Assembly: GCA_965205025.1 (NCBI GenBank)
Contig: CBDBFU010000015.1
Span: 128,001 to 192,000 of the forward strand
Origin: Candidatus Poribacteria bacterium
GTDB taxonomy: Bacteria; Poribacteria; WGA-4E; WGA-3G
Direction: 5' to 3'
DNA: 64,000 bases
This document shows, in pieces, positions 10,478 through 19,266 of the stretch. The notes under the pieces are model-generated. The model was not told where the DNA came from and did no database searches. It was given only the letters and a program-made list of their open reading frames with translations. Position 1 is the first letter of the stretch. Each line of letters starts with the position of its first letter. A program made the position numbers and the translations under genes.

Positions 10478-11857
10478 ATGAAATATAGAAACACATTATT
10501 TTGGAAGTCATACCCCCAAATCGCTATTGTAGTTTTACTCCTCTTTTCCACAATAAGCACAGCACCTGCCCAAACAACGTTACCAGCTGAAGATATTGCT
10601 GAAAAAGCATTAGCAGCAACAGTATATTTGGAAATGAAGGATAACACTGGCAAAACCTTGGGTATCGGCAGCGGGTTCTTTGTGAAACCGAATCTAATTG
10701 CTACCAACTACCACGTGATTGAAGGTGCTGCAAAAGGCACTGCAAAGTTAGTTGGCAAATACACCACATACAAGATTGAAGGCGTTACAGGAACGGACAA
10801 AACAAATGACCTCGCACTTCTAAAGGTCACTACTTACGGGATCAAGCCACTTTCTCTTGGCAACAGTGATATAGTAAAGATTGGTTCTACGGTTTACGTC
10901 GCTGGCAATCCGAAAGGACTGGAAGGCACGTTCTCGGATGGTATTATTAGCAGCCGTCGCGATAAATACATAAAAGAACGCCTGCAGATGACTGCACCGA
11001 TTTCACCGGGGAGCAGTGGCGGTCCCGTGCTAAACAAAAAAGGTGAAGTTATTGGAGTTTCCGTTGCAGTTCATCGTGCTTTGGATGCACAAAATCTCAA
11101 TTTTGCTATTCCATCAAAATATCTCAAGAAACTGCTGGTGCACTCAAAGATAGCAAAACCCTTATCGCAAGTAAAACAATCTATATCTGCTGATACTTAC
11201 TTTCAATGGGGCAATGCAAAGTACGATTTAGGCGATTATGCGGGTGCCATTGCAGACTATACAATGGCTATCATACTCAAACCTGATGATGCTTTGGCTT
11301 ATAACAATCGTGGAAATGCGAGGGAAAAGTCAGGACAATACTTTGCAGCTATAGCAGATTTTGACACGGCTATACGACTAAAACCTGATGATGCTTTGGC
11401 TTATAACAATCGTGGAATTGCGAAGGCTAACTTGGAACAATACTTTGCAGCTATAGCAGATTTTGACATCGCTATACGACTAAAACCTGATCTTACCGAG
11501 GCATACTACAATCGGGGAATTGCGAAGTTTCACTTGGAACAATACATTGCTGCCATTGCGAACTATAATAAAGCCATCCGACTAAAACCTGATTATGTCA
11601 GTGCATACATCAATCGGGGAATTGCGAAGGGAGAGTTAGGACAATACTTTGCTGCTATCGCTGATTTTGACACTGCTATCCGACTAAAACCTGATGATGC
11701 CTTTGCATACTACAGACGGGGAATTGCAAAAGAAGATTTAGGTCGGACACTGGAAGCGAAGCAAGATTTCCGAACTGCTATACAACTTGCGATAAAAGCG
11801 GGTGATGTAACTAATAAAACTTACGCCGAGAATGCACTGCGTATTCTCAATCAGTGA
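10478..11857 (+). CDS. Secreted trypsin-like serine protease + TPR (intact triad)
   Basis: TNYHV, NDLALL, PGSSGGP; protease domain nearly identical to 7254-8912; start chosen at MKYRN after GAGGA. Confidence 0.9.
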   Translation: MKYRNTLFWKSYPQIAIVVLLLFSTISTAPAQTTLPAEDIAEKALAATVYLEMKDNTGKTLGIGSGFFVKPNLIATNYHVIEGAAKGTAKLVGKYTTYKIEGVTGTDKTNDLALLKVTTYGIKPLSLGNSDIVKIGSTVYVAGNPKGLEGTFSDGIISSRRDKYIKERLQMTAPISPGSSGGPVLNKKGEVIGVSVAVHRALDAQNLNFAIPSKYLKKLLVHSKIAKPLSQVKQSISADTYFQWGNAKYDLGDYAGAIADYTMAIILKPDDALAYNNRGNAREKSGQYFAAIADFDTAIRLKPDDALAYNNRGIAKANLEQYFAAIADFDIAIRLKPDLTEAYYNRGIAKFHLEQYIAAIANYNKAIRLKPDYVSAYINRGIAKGELGQYFAAIADFDTAIRLKPDDAFAYYRRGIAKEDLGRTLEAKQDFRTAIQLAIKAGDVTNKTYAENALRILNQ

Positions 11858-12055
11858 GTAAGAACGCTTAATAAGCACTCTCTCAATCGCGTTGTATCCG
11901 GTAGAGAGTTTCACACAAAAAATCTGTGATGTGGAATGAAACAATTTACCCAGATCTAAACGTATGGAGTATATAATATACCGAAAAAATTTGCCAATTT
12001 TTACCGAAACGCTGTATCATGCCCATAGCGAATCCCCTGGAGGCACACGATTCAA

Positions 12056-12259
12056 ATGTCGTCAGAACGTAAAATATTAATGATAGGTGTATTATTGATC
12101 GTTGCCGCGATTATCACCTGTATCTTTATCTCCGATTGGTTTTTTAACCGCAATCTCCTTACAGAAACATTGGTCGGTATCCTGATAGGAACGCCGCTCG
12201 GTTGGCTTGGCGCTTATGTAGCGTTTTATACTGTTGAAAGCAACGGAAAAAAAGACTAA
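12056..12259 (+). CDS. Small two-TM membrane protein
   Basis: Two hydrophobic segments; GGAGG upstream. Confidence 0.6.
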   Translation: MSSERKILMIGVLLIVAAIITCIFISDWFFNRNLLTETLVGILIGTPLGWLGAYVAFYTVESNGKKD

Positions 12260-12353
12260 CCGCTGACAGCTAAATACCCTACCGAAGTGTTGATCTGTAT
12301 CAGATTCTTAATCAAATAGAACATTTCAAATTGCTACAGAAAAGGAGGATACT

Positions 12354-12586
12354 ATGTCAATTTTGGAATTGCTTAATGAAATAGAAAAAAGAACGAATCC
12401 TTAAAAATACATATTGACCCTATCAGATCATTATTAACATCAGATTCAGAACTTTCTTTCATTATTCAAGAGATTATGGAACTATATGAACTAATGAGGC
12501 ATGAGAAACCATCAAGTGAAAATTATAAGAAATATGAGGTACAATTAAAATCATTCTTTATACATATCAATAAACTGCGAAAATAG
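12354..12586 (+). pseudogene. ~77-aa hypothetical protein frameshifted in an A-run
   Basis: AAAGGAGG RBS; adding one A at ~12385 gives MSILELLNEIEKKNESLKIHIDPIRSLL...HINKLRK*. Confidence 0.5.
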
Positions 12587-12639
12587 AATTGAAAGATGGA
12601 AATTTTATCTTTGTGATTCGGTTAAAGTATCGCGCCCAT

Positions 12640-12736
12640 ACTGCTATACAGCTTGCGATAAAAGCAGGTGATGTAACTACCAAAACTAACGCTGAGGAAG
12701 TACTGCGTATTCTCAATGAGTGAGTAGGAACGCTTT
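12640..12736 (+). pseudogene. 3' remnant of a third trypsin-TPR paralog
   Basis: Encodes TAIQLAIKAGDVTTKTNAEEVLRILNE*, matching the ends of 7254-8912 and 10478-11857, plus the downstream TGAGTAGGAACGCTT. Confidence 0.85.
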
Positions 12737-12767
12737 GTAGGAACGCTTTGTAGGAACGCTTTGTAGG
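12724..12767. repeat. 13-bp tandem repeat GTAGGAACGCTTT x3 plus partial
   Basis: Direct reading. Confidence 0.9.
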
Positions 12768-13031
12768 TCAGTAAAATTGGCATTTTGCTTTCGACTTTGG
12801 TATAATTGGTTGATGATCATATTTTCGTATTAAATGAAGTATCGGATTAAATTCAACAAGGTGTAGAAAAAAACGTCGCTGAATTATCAGCAACGGGTAA
12901 ACGGTGAAGTTAAGATTCACCGCAGAATACACGGCCTTATTTGAACGAGTGATAGTTTATTTTACCGTATTATTGATGAATTTCCAACTTTGTCGGATAG
13001 GTTTGGTTGCGGATATTTTAAAGGAGTTCTG

Positions 13032-13385
13032 ATGAAGAACGAATGTAAGTTTTACGTGTCAGGGATTACGAATGCTGAGATCGACGAATTGACGTCCAAG
13101 TTAGATCAAGATTTGGAAAATGCGTCGTGGGACGAGATTGTAGGCTTTATTTCTGAGCAATATCCACAGGCAAAGTTGATCAGGGTATCTAACATTGCTG
13201 ATAAAATAAGGAAGGATCTTTTGGAGCAAAATCTACATGATAAAAAGAAAATGGATGAATCACTCGTGAATGCGATACTAAGCCACATAGATGAAACTGT
13301 CCAGAATGTAAATTTGCAAGTTAGCGTGCCAGAAGAATATAAAAATCTGGTAGGCAATAAGTATCTATTTCTTATTGATGATTAG
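13032..13385 (+). CDS. Hypothetical protein
   Basis: ORF 12990-13385; AAGGAG RBS favours MKNECKF start. Confidence 0.6.
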   Translation: MKNECKFYVSGITNAEIDELTSKLDQDLENASWDEIVGFISEQYPQAKLIRVSNIADKIRKDLLEQNLHDKKKMDESLVNAILSHIDETVQNVNLQVSVPEEYKNLVGNKYLFLIDD

Positions 13386-13582
13386 TGCTTGGTGCAGAAC
13401 GTTGTTGGTAGGGGATTCGACCTGTCTCGCTTGAGGCAGTCCCTATTGAACCGAGTCGAATTGGGAACAGTGCGAAAATTGAACAGTGTGATGCTATAAA
13501 CCTGCTCAGAGCGGACAATATTCTTCATGGTTAAATGGCTTTACGAAAATACATTGACTGATATTTATAAAGGAGAAAACCA

Positions 13583-13930
13583 ATGTCAGATGATAAGATG
13601 ACACGTGAAGAGGCTTTTGATATATTAGATAAACATGCTGAAAGTATGGAAACTAAAAGACAACAATATGCTGAGGTTATGGGTGATAATCTCTCCTATC
13701 ATGGAGAGTCCATTCTAAAAGAGATGGAAAATAATGGTGAATCTTGGCAAGATGTTGATTGCTATAAAATTGGTCATGGTAAATATGAAAATGTTCCATT
13801 TCATATTTGGACGACTAACTTTATATATTTCCCAATAAGGATTGCAGCCGGGATCCCCGGTATGATATATCATATAAAAAGTATACCTCGCAATCCCAGA
13901 AAAGATGTAATTCCGAAATGGTTGAACTAA
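13583..13930 (+). CDS. Hypothetical protein
   Basis: AAGGAG RBS, 115-aa ORF. Confidence 0.6.
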   Translation: MSDDKMTREEAFDILDKHAESMETKRQQYAEVMGDNLSYHGESILKEMENNGESWQDVDCYKIGHGKYENVPFHIWTTNFIYFPIRIAAGIPGMIYHIKSIPRNPRKDVIPKWLN

Positions 13931-13943
13931 GGAGGATTCAACT

Positions 13944-14408
13944 TTGAATCAGAAAATAGTTAGAGAAGTTAATTTATATACCAGAGAATTTAACTATATT
14001 TATGAATCTGACTCACCGCCAGAAAGATTTCAATACTTCCAAAAGTGTTTAGAATATGGAGTAAACCTACTTAATAAAGGTGAATTACCTATAATATGTA
14101 GCATAAAATGTGATCATGTCTCAGCTCTATCATCAGAAAGAGGTCATTGGATGACATATTCAGTTGTTATACCAGAAAACGGTATATCAAAAAAGGGTTA
14201 TGTTAAAAATATTTGGATAGCACAACGTCATGAAAAAGTAGAATATGATTCTAAAGAGCACATTTTCATAGATCCATTTCTTCATAATTCGAATAGCTGG
14301 ATACACGGTTTTATTACATCAGGTGATAATCTAACAAGACTATTAGCAAGCAAAAGTATAAAGTCAAGTTATATATGCGATGAATTTCTTTACAGAATTG
14401 TTGAATAA
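13944..14408 (+). CDS. Hypothetical protein
   Basis: AAGGAGG RBS, TTG start, coupled to upstream gene. Confidence 0.6.
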   Translation: MNQKIVREVNLYTREFNYIYESDSPPERFQYFQKCLEYGVNLLNKGELPIICSIKCDHVSALSSERGHWMTYSVVIPENGISKKGYVKNIWIAQRHEKVEYDSKEHIFIDPFLHNSNSWIHGFITSGDNLTRLLASKSIKSSYICDEFLYRIVE

Positions 14409-14427
14409 GAATTTTTAACCATAATCA

Positions 14428-14766
14428 GTGGAAAGGAAATATATGCCAAATGATAATATTGAATACCATATAAAAGTAAGTCTTTTGCTGAATATTCTAA
14501 ATGATGGTGAAGAACATAATAGAAGTGACGTAATCAAAAGCGTTGTCAATATATTTGCGAATCTATTTTATAAAGATACAGTTATTGAAATACCAGACTT
14601 AAATAATCCTATAACAGAGAGACTCGAAAGATGTTGCAGCACAGTTCTGAGCGAATTGAAGACTATTGGATACGTAGAAAATGTGCGACCTGGATACTGG
14701 AAAATAACCTCTAATGGAATAGACTACAGAAACCAAATAAAAGAACTTCTAAAGACACCTTCATAG
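14428..14766 (+). CDS. Stand-alone Mrr N-terminal-like winged-helix protein
   Basis: LL.ILNDGEEH...LKTIGYVENVRPGYWKITSNG resembles Mrr_N. Confidence 0.65.
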   Translation: MERKYMPNDNIEYHIKVSLLLNILNDGEEHNRSDVIKSVVNIFANLFYKDTVIEIPDLNNPITERLERCCSTVLSELKTIGYVENVRPGYWKITSNGIDYRNQIKELLKTPS

Positions 14767-14793
14767 ATCTTTGAACATTTATCTTAGGTGTTG

Positions 14794-15150
14794 CTATTTA
14801 CGCCGTTCGTATTCATTTTCGCTCAAACGCCACCCAATTCGTTTTTCTGTTACCGTAACTACCGGTTGGGCACGACCATTTTCCTGAAGTTTATTTAGGA
14901 TACCCTCTATTAAAAATCCTGCCCAGTTATTGCTATCTTCTATCCCTGGCAATTCCATCCGTTTTTTGATTGCGTTTATATCCATATACTTCTCATCCGG
15001 TGATGGGAGTATATCTAACACAGCTTCCTCTAATAAATGTATAGCTGCTTTTGTAGCAAGTTTTGGCTCGTCAGGATTTTCACCAAGATAGTTGATTTCG
15101 AGTATATATACCTCGTTCTCATTTTTTACATTAGAATATCGTTTTGACAT
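14794..15150 (-). CDS. Hypothetical winged-helix-like protein
   Basis: AAGGAG RBS before MSKRYS; ILNKLQENGRAQ...GWRLSE wing-like end. Confidence 0.6.
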   Translation of the reverse strand: MSKRYSNVKNENEVYILEINYLGENPDEPKLATKAAIHLLEEAVLDILPSPDEKYMDINAIKKRMELPGIEDSNNWAGFLIEGILNKLQENGRAQPVVTVTEKRIGWRLSENEYERRK

Positions 15151-15169
15151 TTCTATATCTCCTTTATAG

Positions 15170-15284
15170 ATTTGCGGGGTTTTTCGGATCCCCGAAGGAT
15201 TCTGTAACCCAGTATCGCGAAGTTGGTAGGAAAGAACGCTGATTCCCAACATAGAAATAGGCGCGCTGCCAAGCACGCCTATAA
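15170..15284 (-). ncRNA. Candidate structured cis-leader RNA
   Basis: Hairpins ATAGGCGTGC-TTGGCA-GCGCGCCTAT, GTTGGGAA...TTCCTACCAAC and ATCC-TTCG-GGAT in an AT-rich context, just before an RBS. Confidence 0.35.
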
Positions 15285-15329
15285 TCCATCAATATGAAAA
15301 GTTTTATTTCTTCTATTCTTTTTAAACTG

Positions 15330-15602
15330 TCACGATTTCAAGTATTTATCAACCTCGTTTTTATGACCGACCCAATACCATAAAATTGTACCGTTAATTT
15401 CTTTTCCTAAAGCTCTGTAGTTTCGGTCAATGCGTATAGACCATCGTCCTGCCACCTTTTTGAATCGTAATGATGGGGGCAGAACAATTGTCATTAAATA
15501 TTCAAATTGTTTTAGAACTTTAGATTGTACATTGCTTGGAAGTGCGTTGACTAAATTATGAAAATTGTTGTCCTGGACGTGTTGAAAATCAAGATTGTTC
15601 AT
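15330..15602 (-). CDS. RelE/ParE-like type II toxin
   Basis: F...LP..VQ.K, PPSLRFKKV..RWSIRIDRNYRALG...WYWVGH. Confidence 0.8.
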   Translation of the reverse strand: MNNLDFQHVQDNNFHNLVNALPSNVQSKVLKQFEYLMTIVLPPSLRFKKVAGRWSIRIDRNYRALGKEINGTILWYWVGHKNEVDKYLKS

Positions 15603-15910
15603 GATAGAGGGACAAGTTCAGTGTATTTCCCCTCATCGTAGTTTTGCTGCGCTTGAGCTTCAAGTTTTGCGATTGTTTCGGACGTGGCAGCTTCAGTCAA
15701 TAAACATTCCCATGCTTCTTCTTCCCGTATCAACTCCTGATTGACTTCGCCCGGCAATTTTTGTTCAACTTCTTCAATAGTATCACCGAAGCATTTAAGT
15801 TCGGGTATGTCTGGAACTAAGCCAACCCAACCAGCACCATTTCTTTCAATATGTGCAGTAAACGTCTCATCAAACAATTTATTGTGGATTAAGTACGTTT
15901 TTGCAGCCAT
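15599..15910 (-). CDS. Antitoxin: HicB-like N-domain fused to acidic tail
   Basis: FTAHIERNGAGWVGLVPDIPELKCFGDTIEEV (HicB-like) then WECLL...LEAQAQQNYDEGKYTEL; ATGA overlap with toxin. Confidence 0.7.
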   Translation of the reverse strand: MAAKTYLIHNKLFDETFTAHIERNGAGWVGLVPDIPELKCFGDTIEEVEQKLPGEVNQELIREEEAWECLLTEAATSETIAKLEAQAQQNYDEGKYTELVPLS

Positions 15911-16024
15911 TGTATGCTCCTTATAGAATCATATCCTTATTGGACAGTCACTTTTCTTTTGTTTCGCCGCAACGTTTTGTTTGGTTTCGTAACGTTTCGG
16001 TTCGTCACAACAACTATTATACAA

Positions 16025-16070
16025 AATTTTCAATAGAATTTTCAATAGAATTTTCAATAGAATTTTCAAT
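16025..16070. repeat. 12-bp tandem repeat AATTTTCAATAG x~4
   Basis: Direct reading; upstream of the TA operon. Confidence 0.9.
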
Positions 16071-16328
16071 TGTAAGGATTTCTGTCAGGTGCCGGTGGGG
16101 GTTCAGTAAACTTCTCACCTCGTGCCTCCCCTCTTCCATCCTTCCATCAACAAACCCTCTTCTCCGTGTAATCCGCTATTCAGACATATTAACTGTAAAC
16201 TGTAAAAAATATTGAAGAAAACCAAACCATAGTACAACTAAAGACATAAAATAATAAAATCACAATCAAAAAGTAAATAACAAAAGTAAATTTATTATAG
16301 AATAGTATTACATAAAACAACATTTTAC

Positions 16329-16357
16329 TTGACACATGTGTTTTATTATGTTACTAT
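16329..16357 (+). promoter_or_regulatory. sigma70-like promoter with no clear downstream CDS
   Basis: TTGACA-17 nt-TACTAT with TG extension. Confidence 0.5.
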
Positions 16358-16975
16358 ATATATTACAGAAAATGAATAGTATGCAATGTTGTTATGAAAC
16401 TAATGCAACTGTTGTGAAAGTTTCATAACAGTTATGAAAAGGAAATCACAATCTGATACACCTACAAACCTATACCAGAACAGGGTTCAGAACACTTCAA
16501 ACAAGAACAGAGTATGAATTTTTAAAAAAAATTAAAAAACTAACATATTTTGAGATATTTCAACAAACCCTTTCTGGGACTGACTTTAGAACAGTTTTAA
16601 AACATGCTGTTTAAAAATTGTGTTGTGAAAATAAAACTATGGTGTATCTCATAAATATGAATCGTTATTCACATCTACAAAAAGAAGATAGAGCAATAAA
16701 TAGGAAGAAAAGAAATGATAATCCAACATTTACATAAAAAGACAATCAGACATAGAAAAAATAGCGAATCGCTTCAGTGCTCAGGAAATCCAGAAAAACC
16801 AGAAAATGACACAAAACTCAAAATTCTTAAAATTTTAAGAAATTACCATGAACCCAGTCTATCACAGGGATTAGAGCAATATTACAAAGTTACACCATGT
16901 AACGAAAAGTGTAACTTTTTCATTTTACTCACTTTCAATTTACTAAAGAGTATCTCATTAATACAGTTCCTCTTC

Positions 16976-17001
16976 GTAGGGACGGGGTCTCCCCGTCCGT
17001 A
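16976..17001. repeat. GTAG-type REP
   Basis: GTAG-GGACGGGG-TCT-CCCCGTCC. Confidence 0.7.
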
Positions 17002-17502
17002 TTTTCGATATATTATACAGGACAAGAATAATGAAGCCTCCAAATATATGATTTATGGGATATGTTCCAATATATTTTCACAATGGACGGATAAGATATT
17101 TCACATTCAAACAATCCTAAATCAATGGATAAAAAGTAAAGAAAATGACACAAAAATCGTCACAGTGACAAATTCTTGTGACATTAAAAAAATGGCTTTA
17201 AACCCAGTGTAGTACTGACGGGAGAGAGGTTTTACCAATGTCACACCGTGTGACAAAAAGTGTAACTTTTTTCAACATATAGACAATAAAAATATTACTA
17301 TTGTGAATAACTAAATACAGAATTTACGCGAGAATTACCTTTGGTTCAATATTATACATCCAAGAAAAAAGAACTTTATGATTCCGTGATATTCATGCCA
17401 TAAACTTTACACACCTTATCAGGACGACGTGGGTATCAGGTAAAAAACATTAATGACATAATTACCGTTCATAATTTTGAGTTCTATAGTACAACATAAC
17501 TC

Positions 17503-17530
17503 TTGACACTCAACATTAACATGTTATGAT
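17503..17530 (+). promoter_or_regulatory. sigma70-like promoter for dehydrogenase
   Basis: TTGACA-16 nt-TATGAT with TG extension; AAGGAGG RBS downstream. Confidence 0.55.
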
Positions 17531-17569
17531 AAAAAATCTGGATAAGAAGATAATGTATAAGGAGGTAAT

Positions 17570-18580
17570 ATGAAAGGTAAACATATTGTTATGCCAGCGA
17601 AACGCAAAGCCACGCTGGAGGATTTTGAAGTTGACGAGAATCTGGGACCAGATCAGATCCTACTTAAGACACATTACAGTCTGATTAGTCCGGGTACAGA
17701 AGGGGCTGGATTTACTGGATTAGAGAGTGGTACGCGATTTCCTCACGGGTCAGGATATACTGCAATAGGTGAAGTCATTAAAGTTGGAGAAAACGCAACT
17801 AAATGTGCTGTGGGAGATTTTGCTTTCTGTTATAGTTCACATGCATCTATTGTCAAGACATCATCTGTAATGCTTGCATTCAAACCTCCATTAGAGATAG
17901 ATACTAAACTAATTCCTTTTGTCAGAATGGCAACAGTTGCTATGACTTCTTTGCGAGTATCCTCCGCTGAATTTGGTGATACAGTTGTTATAATCGGTTT
18001 AGGTTTAGTTGGTAATTCCGCTTCTCAACTTTTCAAATTAGCAGGTATGAATGTTATAAGTGTTGAACTCGTTCCTGAACGTCTGGAAATAGCAAGAAAA
18101 TGTGGTATAGAACATCTAGTCAATCCAGACGAAGAAAATGTACATGAGCGTGTAAATTCCATAACTAACGGTCGGAAAGCAGAAGTTACGGTAGAAGCAA
18201 TTGGAAATCCAAGACTTGTTGAGTTGGCATACCAGTTAACAGGTCGAAAAGGAGAAGTGATTCTTCTCGGTTCTCCCCGTGGGGAATATGTAAAGAATGT
18301 TACAGAAGTACTCAATTATACTCATCTCATTGGGTTAGGTGCAATTACTCTCAAAAGTGCTCATGAATGGGTTTACCCGACGATGCATAGTGGTGAATCA
18401 AAACATTCCTTAGAAAGGAATTCACAGATTGTATACTCTCTGATTAAGGATGGAAAATTCAATGTTGAGGATTTACTAACACATGTAATTAATCCAGAGG
18501 ATGCACAATCTGCGTACGATGGACTGACGGATAAGAAGAATGAATACTTAGGTGTCATTATGGATTGGACAGAAATTTAA
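17570..18580 (+). CDS. MDR-family (zinc-binding type) dehydrogenase
   Basis: SLISPGTE, GYTAIGEV, IIGLGLVG Rossmann motif. Confidence 0.9.
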   Translation: MKGKHIVMPAKRKATLEDFEVDENLGPDQILLKTHYSLISPGTEGAGFTGLESGTRFPHGSGYTAIGEVIKVGENATKCAVGDFAFCYSSHASIVKTSSVMLAFKPPLEIDTKLIPFVRMATVAMTSLRVSSAEFGDTVVIIGLGLVGNSASQLFKLAGMNVISVELVPERLEIARKCGIEHLVNPDEENVHERVNSITNGRKAEVTVEAIGNPRLVELAYQLTGRKGEVILLGSPRGEYVKNVTEVLNYTHLIGLGAITLKSAHEWVYPTMHSGESKHSLERNSQIVYSLIKDGKFNVEDLLTHVINPEDAQSAYDGLTDKKNEYLGVIMDWTEI

Positions 18581-18592
18581 GTAATAGATATT

Positions 18593-18741
18593 TATAGTAA
18601 ATAATAAAATTAATACTACATTTTCTATTGGCTCAATTAACGTTTGTGTCCCACACCTCTTCTGTAGGAGCGACCTCCTGGTCGCGACCGGGAGGTCGCT
18701 CCTACAAGTAAAGTATCTAATTAAATTTAAAGTTTACTATA
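18593..18741. mobile_element. MITE-like element carrying an inverted GTAG REP doublet
   Basis: Ends TATAGTAAA...TTTACTATA; internal TGTAGGAGCGACCTCC...GGAGGTCGCTCCTACA (18663-18706). Confidence 0.6.
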
Positions 18742-18768
18742 ATAACTATCATCACCAAACCAAAATAA

Positions 18769-19266
18769 ATGAAAACACTTCTAATTCTCCGACATGCAAA
18801 ATCAAGTTGGGATAATCCTGACCTTAGAGACTATGACCGACCTCTTAATAAGCGTGGAAAAAAAGATGCTCCACGTATGGGTAAACACCTAAAGAATGCT
18901 AATCTCATTCCAGATAGAATCCTATCATCCTCAGCAAAACGGGCTCGGAAAACCGCAAAAAGATTCGCAAAGGCATGTGGGTATGCAGGAAAAATTATAA
19001 AGTTAGATAGTTTCTATCATGCCCCTGTCGGCATCTACTTTGAAACACTACAAACACTCCCTAAAAAATATAAAATAATTATGGTTGTAGGACATAATCC
19101 TACAATGGAACAACTCGTTCAACATATTACCGGACAATATCAGCAAATGCCTACTACGGCACTTGCACATATAACTTTACCTATAGATAATTGGGAATCA
19201 TTCTCACCTTACACAGAAGGAAAACTAATTGATTTATGGACTCCCAAAACATTAGACAAAGATTAA
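18769..19266 (+). CDS. sixA: Phosphohistidine phosphatase SixA
   Basis: LRHAKS, RPL..RG, SSAKRARKT, VGHNP. Confidence 0.85.
   Translation: MKTLLILRHAKSSWDNPDLRDYDRPLNKRGKKDAPRMGKHLKNANLIPDRILSSSAKRARKTAKRFAKACGYAGKIIKLDSFYHAPVGIYFETLQTLPKKYKIIMVVGHNPTMEQLVQHITGQYQQMPTTALAHITLPIDNWESFSPYTEGKLIDLWTPKTLDKD

Noticed and set aside
11988-12783. Imperfect inverted repeat (TTGCCAATTTTTACCGA / TCAGTAAAATTGGCA) as element ends
   Set aside because: Short, AT-rich, no target duplication or transposase; chance match plausible
9650-14800. Integron cassette array (small co-oriented orphans, hairpin at ~13408-13445)
   Set aside because: No integrase and no convincing RYYYAAC...GTTRRRY attC pairs could be read
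12724-16070. CRISPR from short repeats at 12724 and 16025
   Set aside because: Head-to-tail 12-13 bp repeats without spacers; no cas genes
16715-17212. 165-aa ORF in AT-rich block
   Set aside because: Runs through a REP and the duplicated non-coding module; no recognisable protein features
16200-17500. Firm oriC call
   Set aside because: Only two one-mismatch DnaA boxes and no dnaA/dnaN nearby
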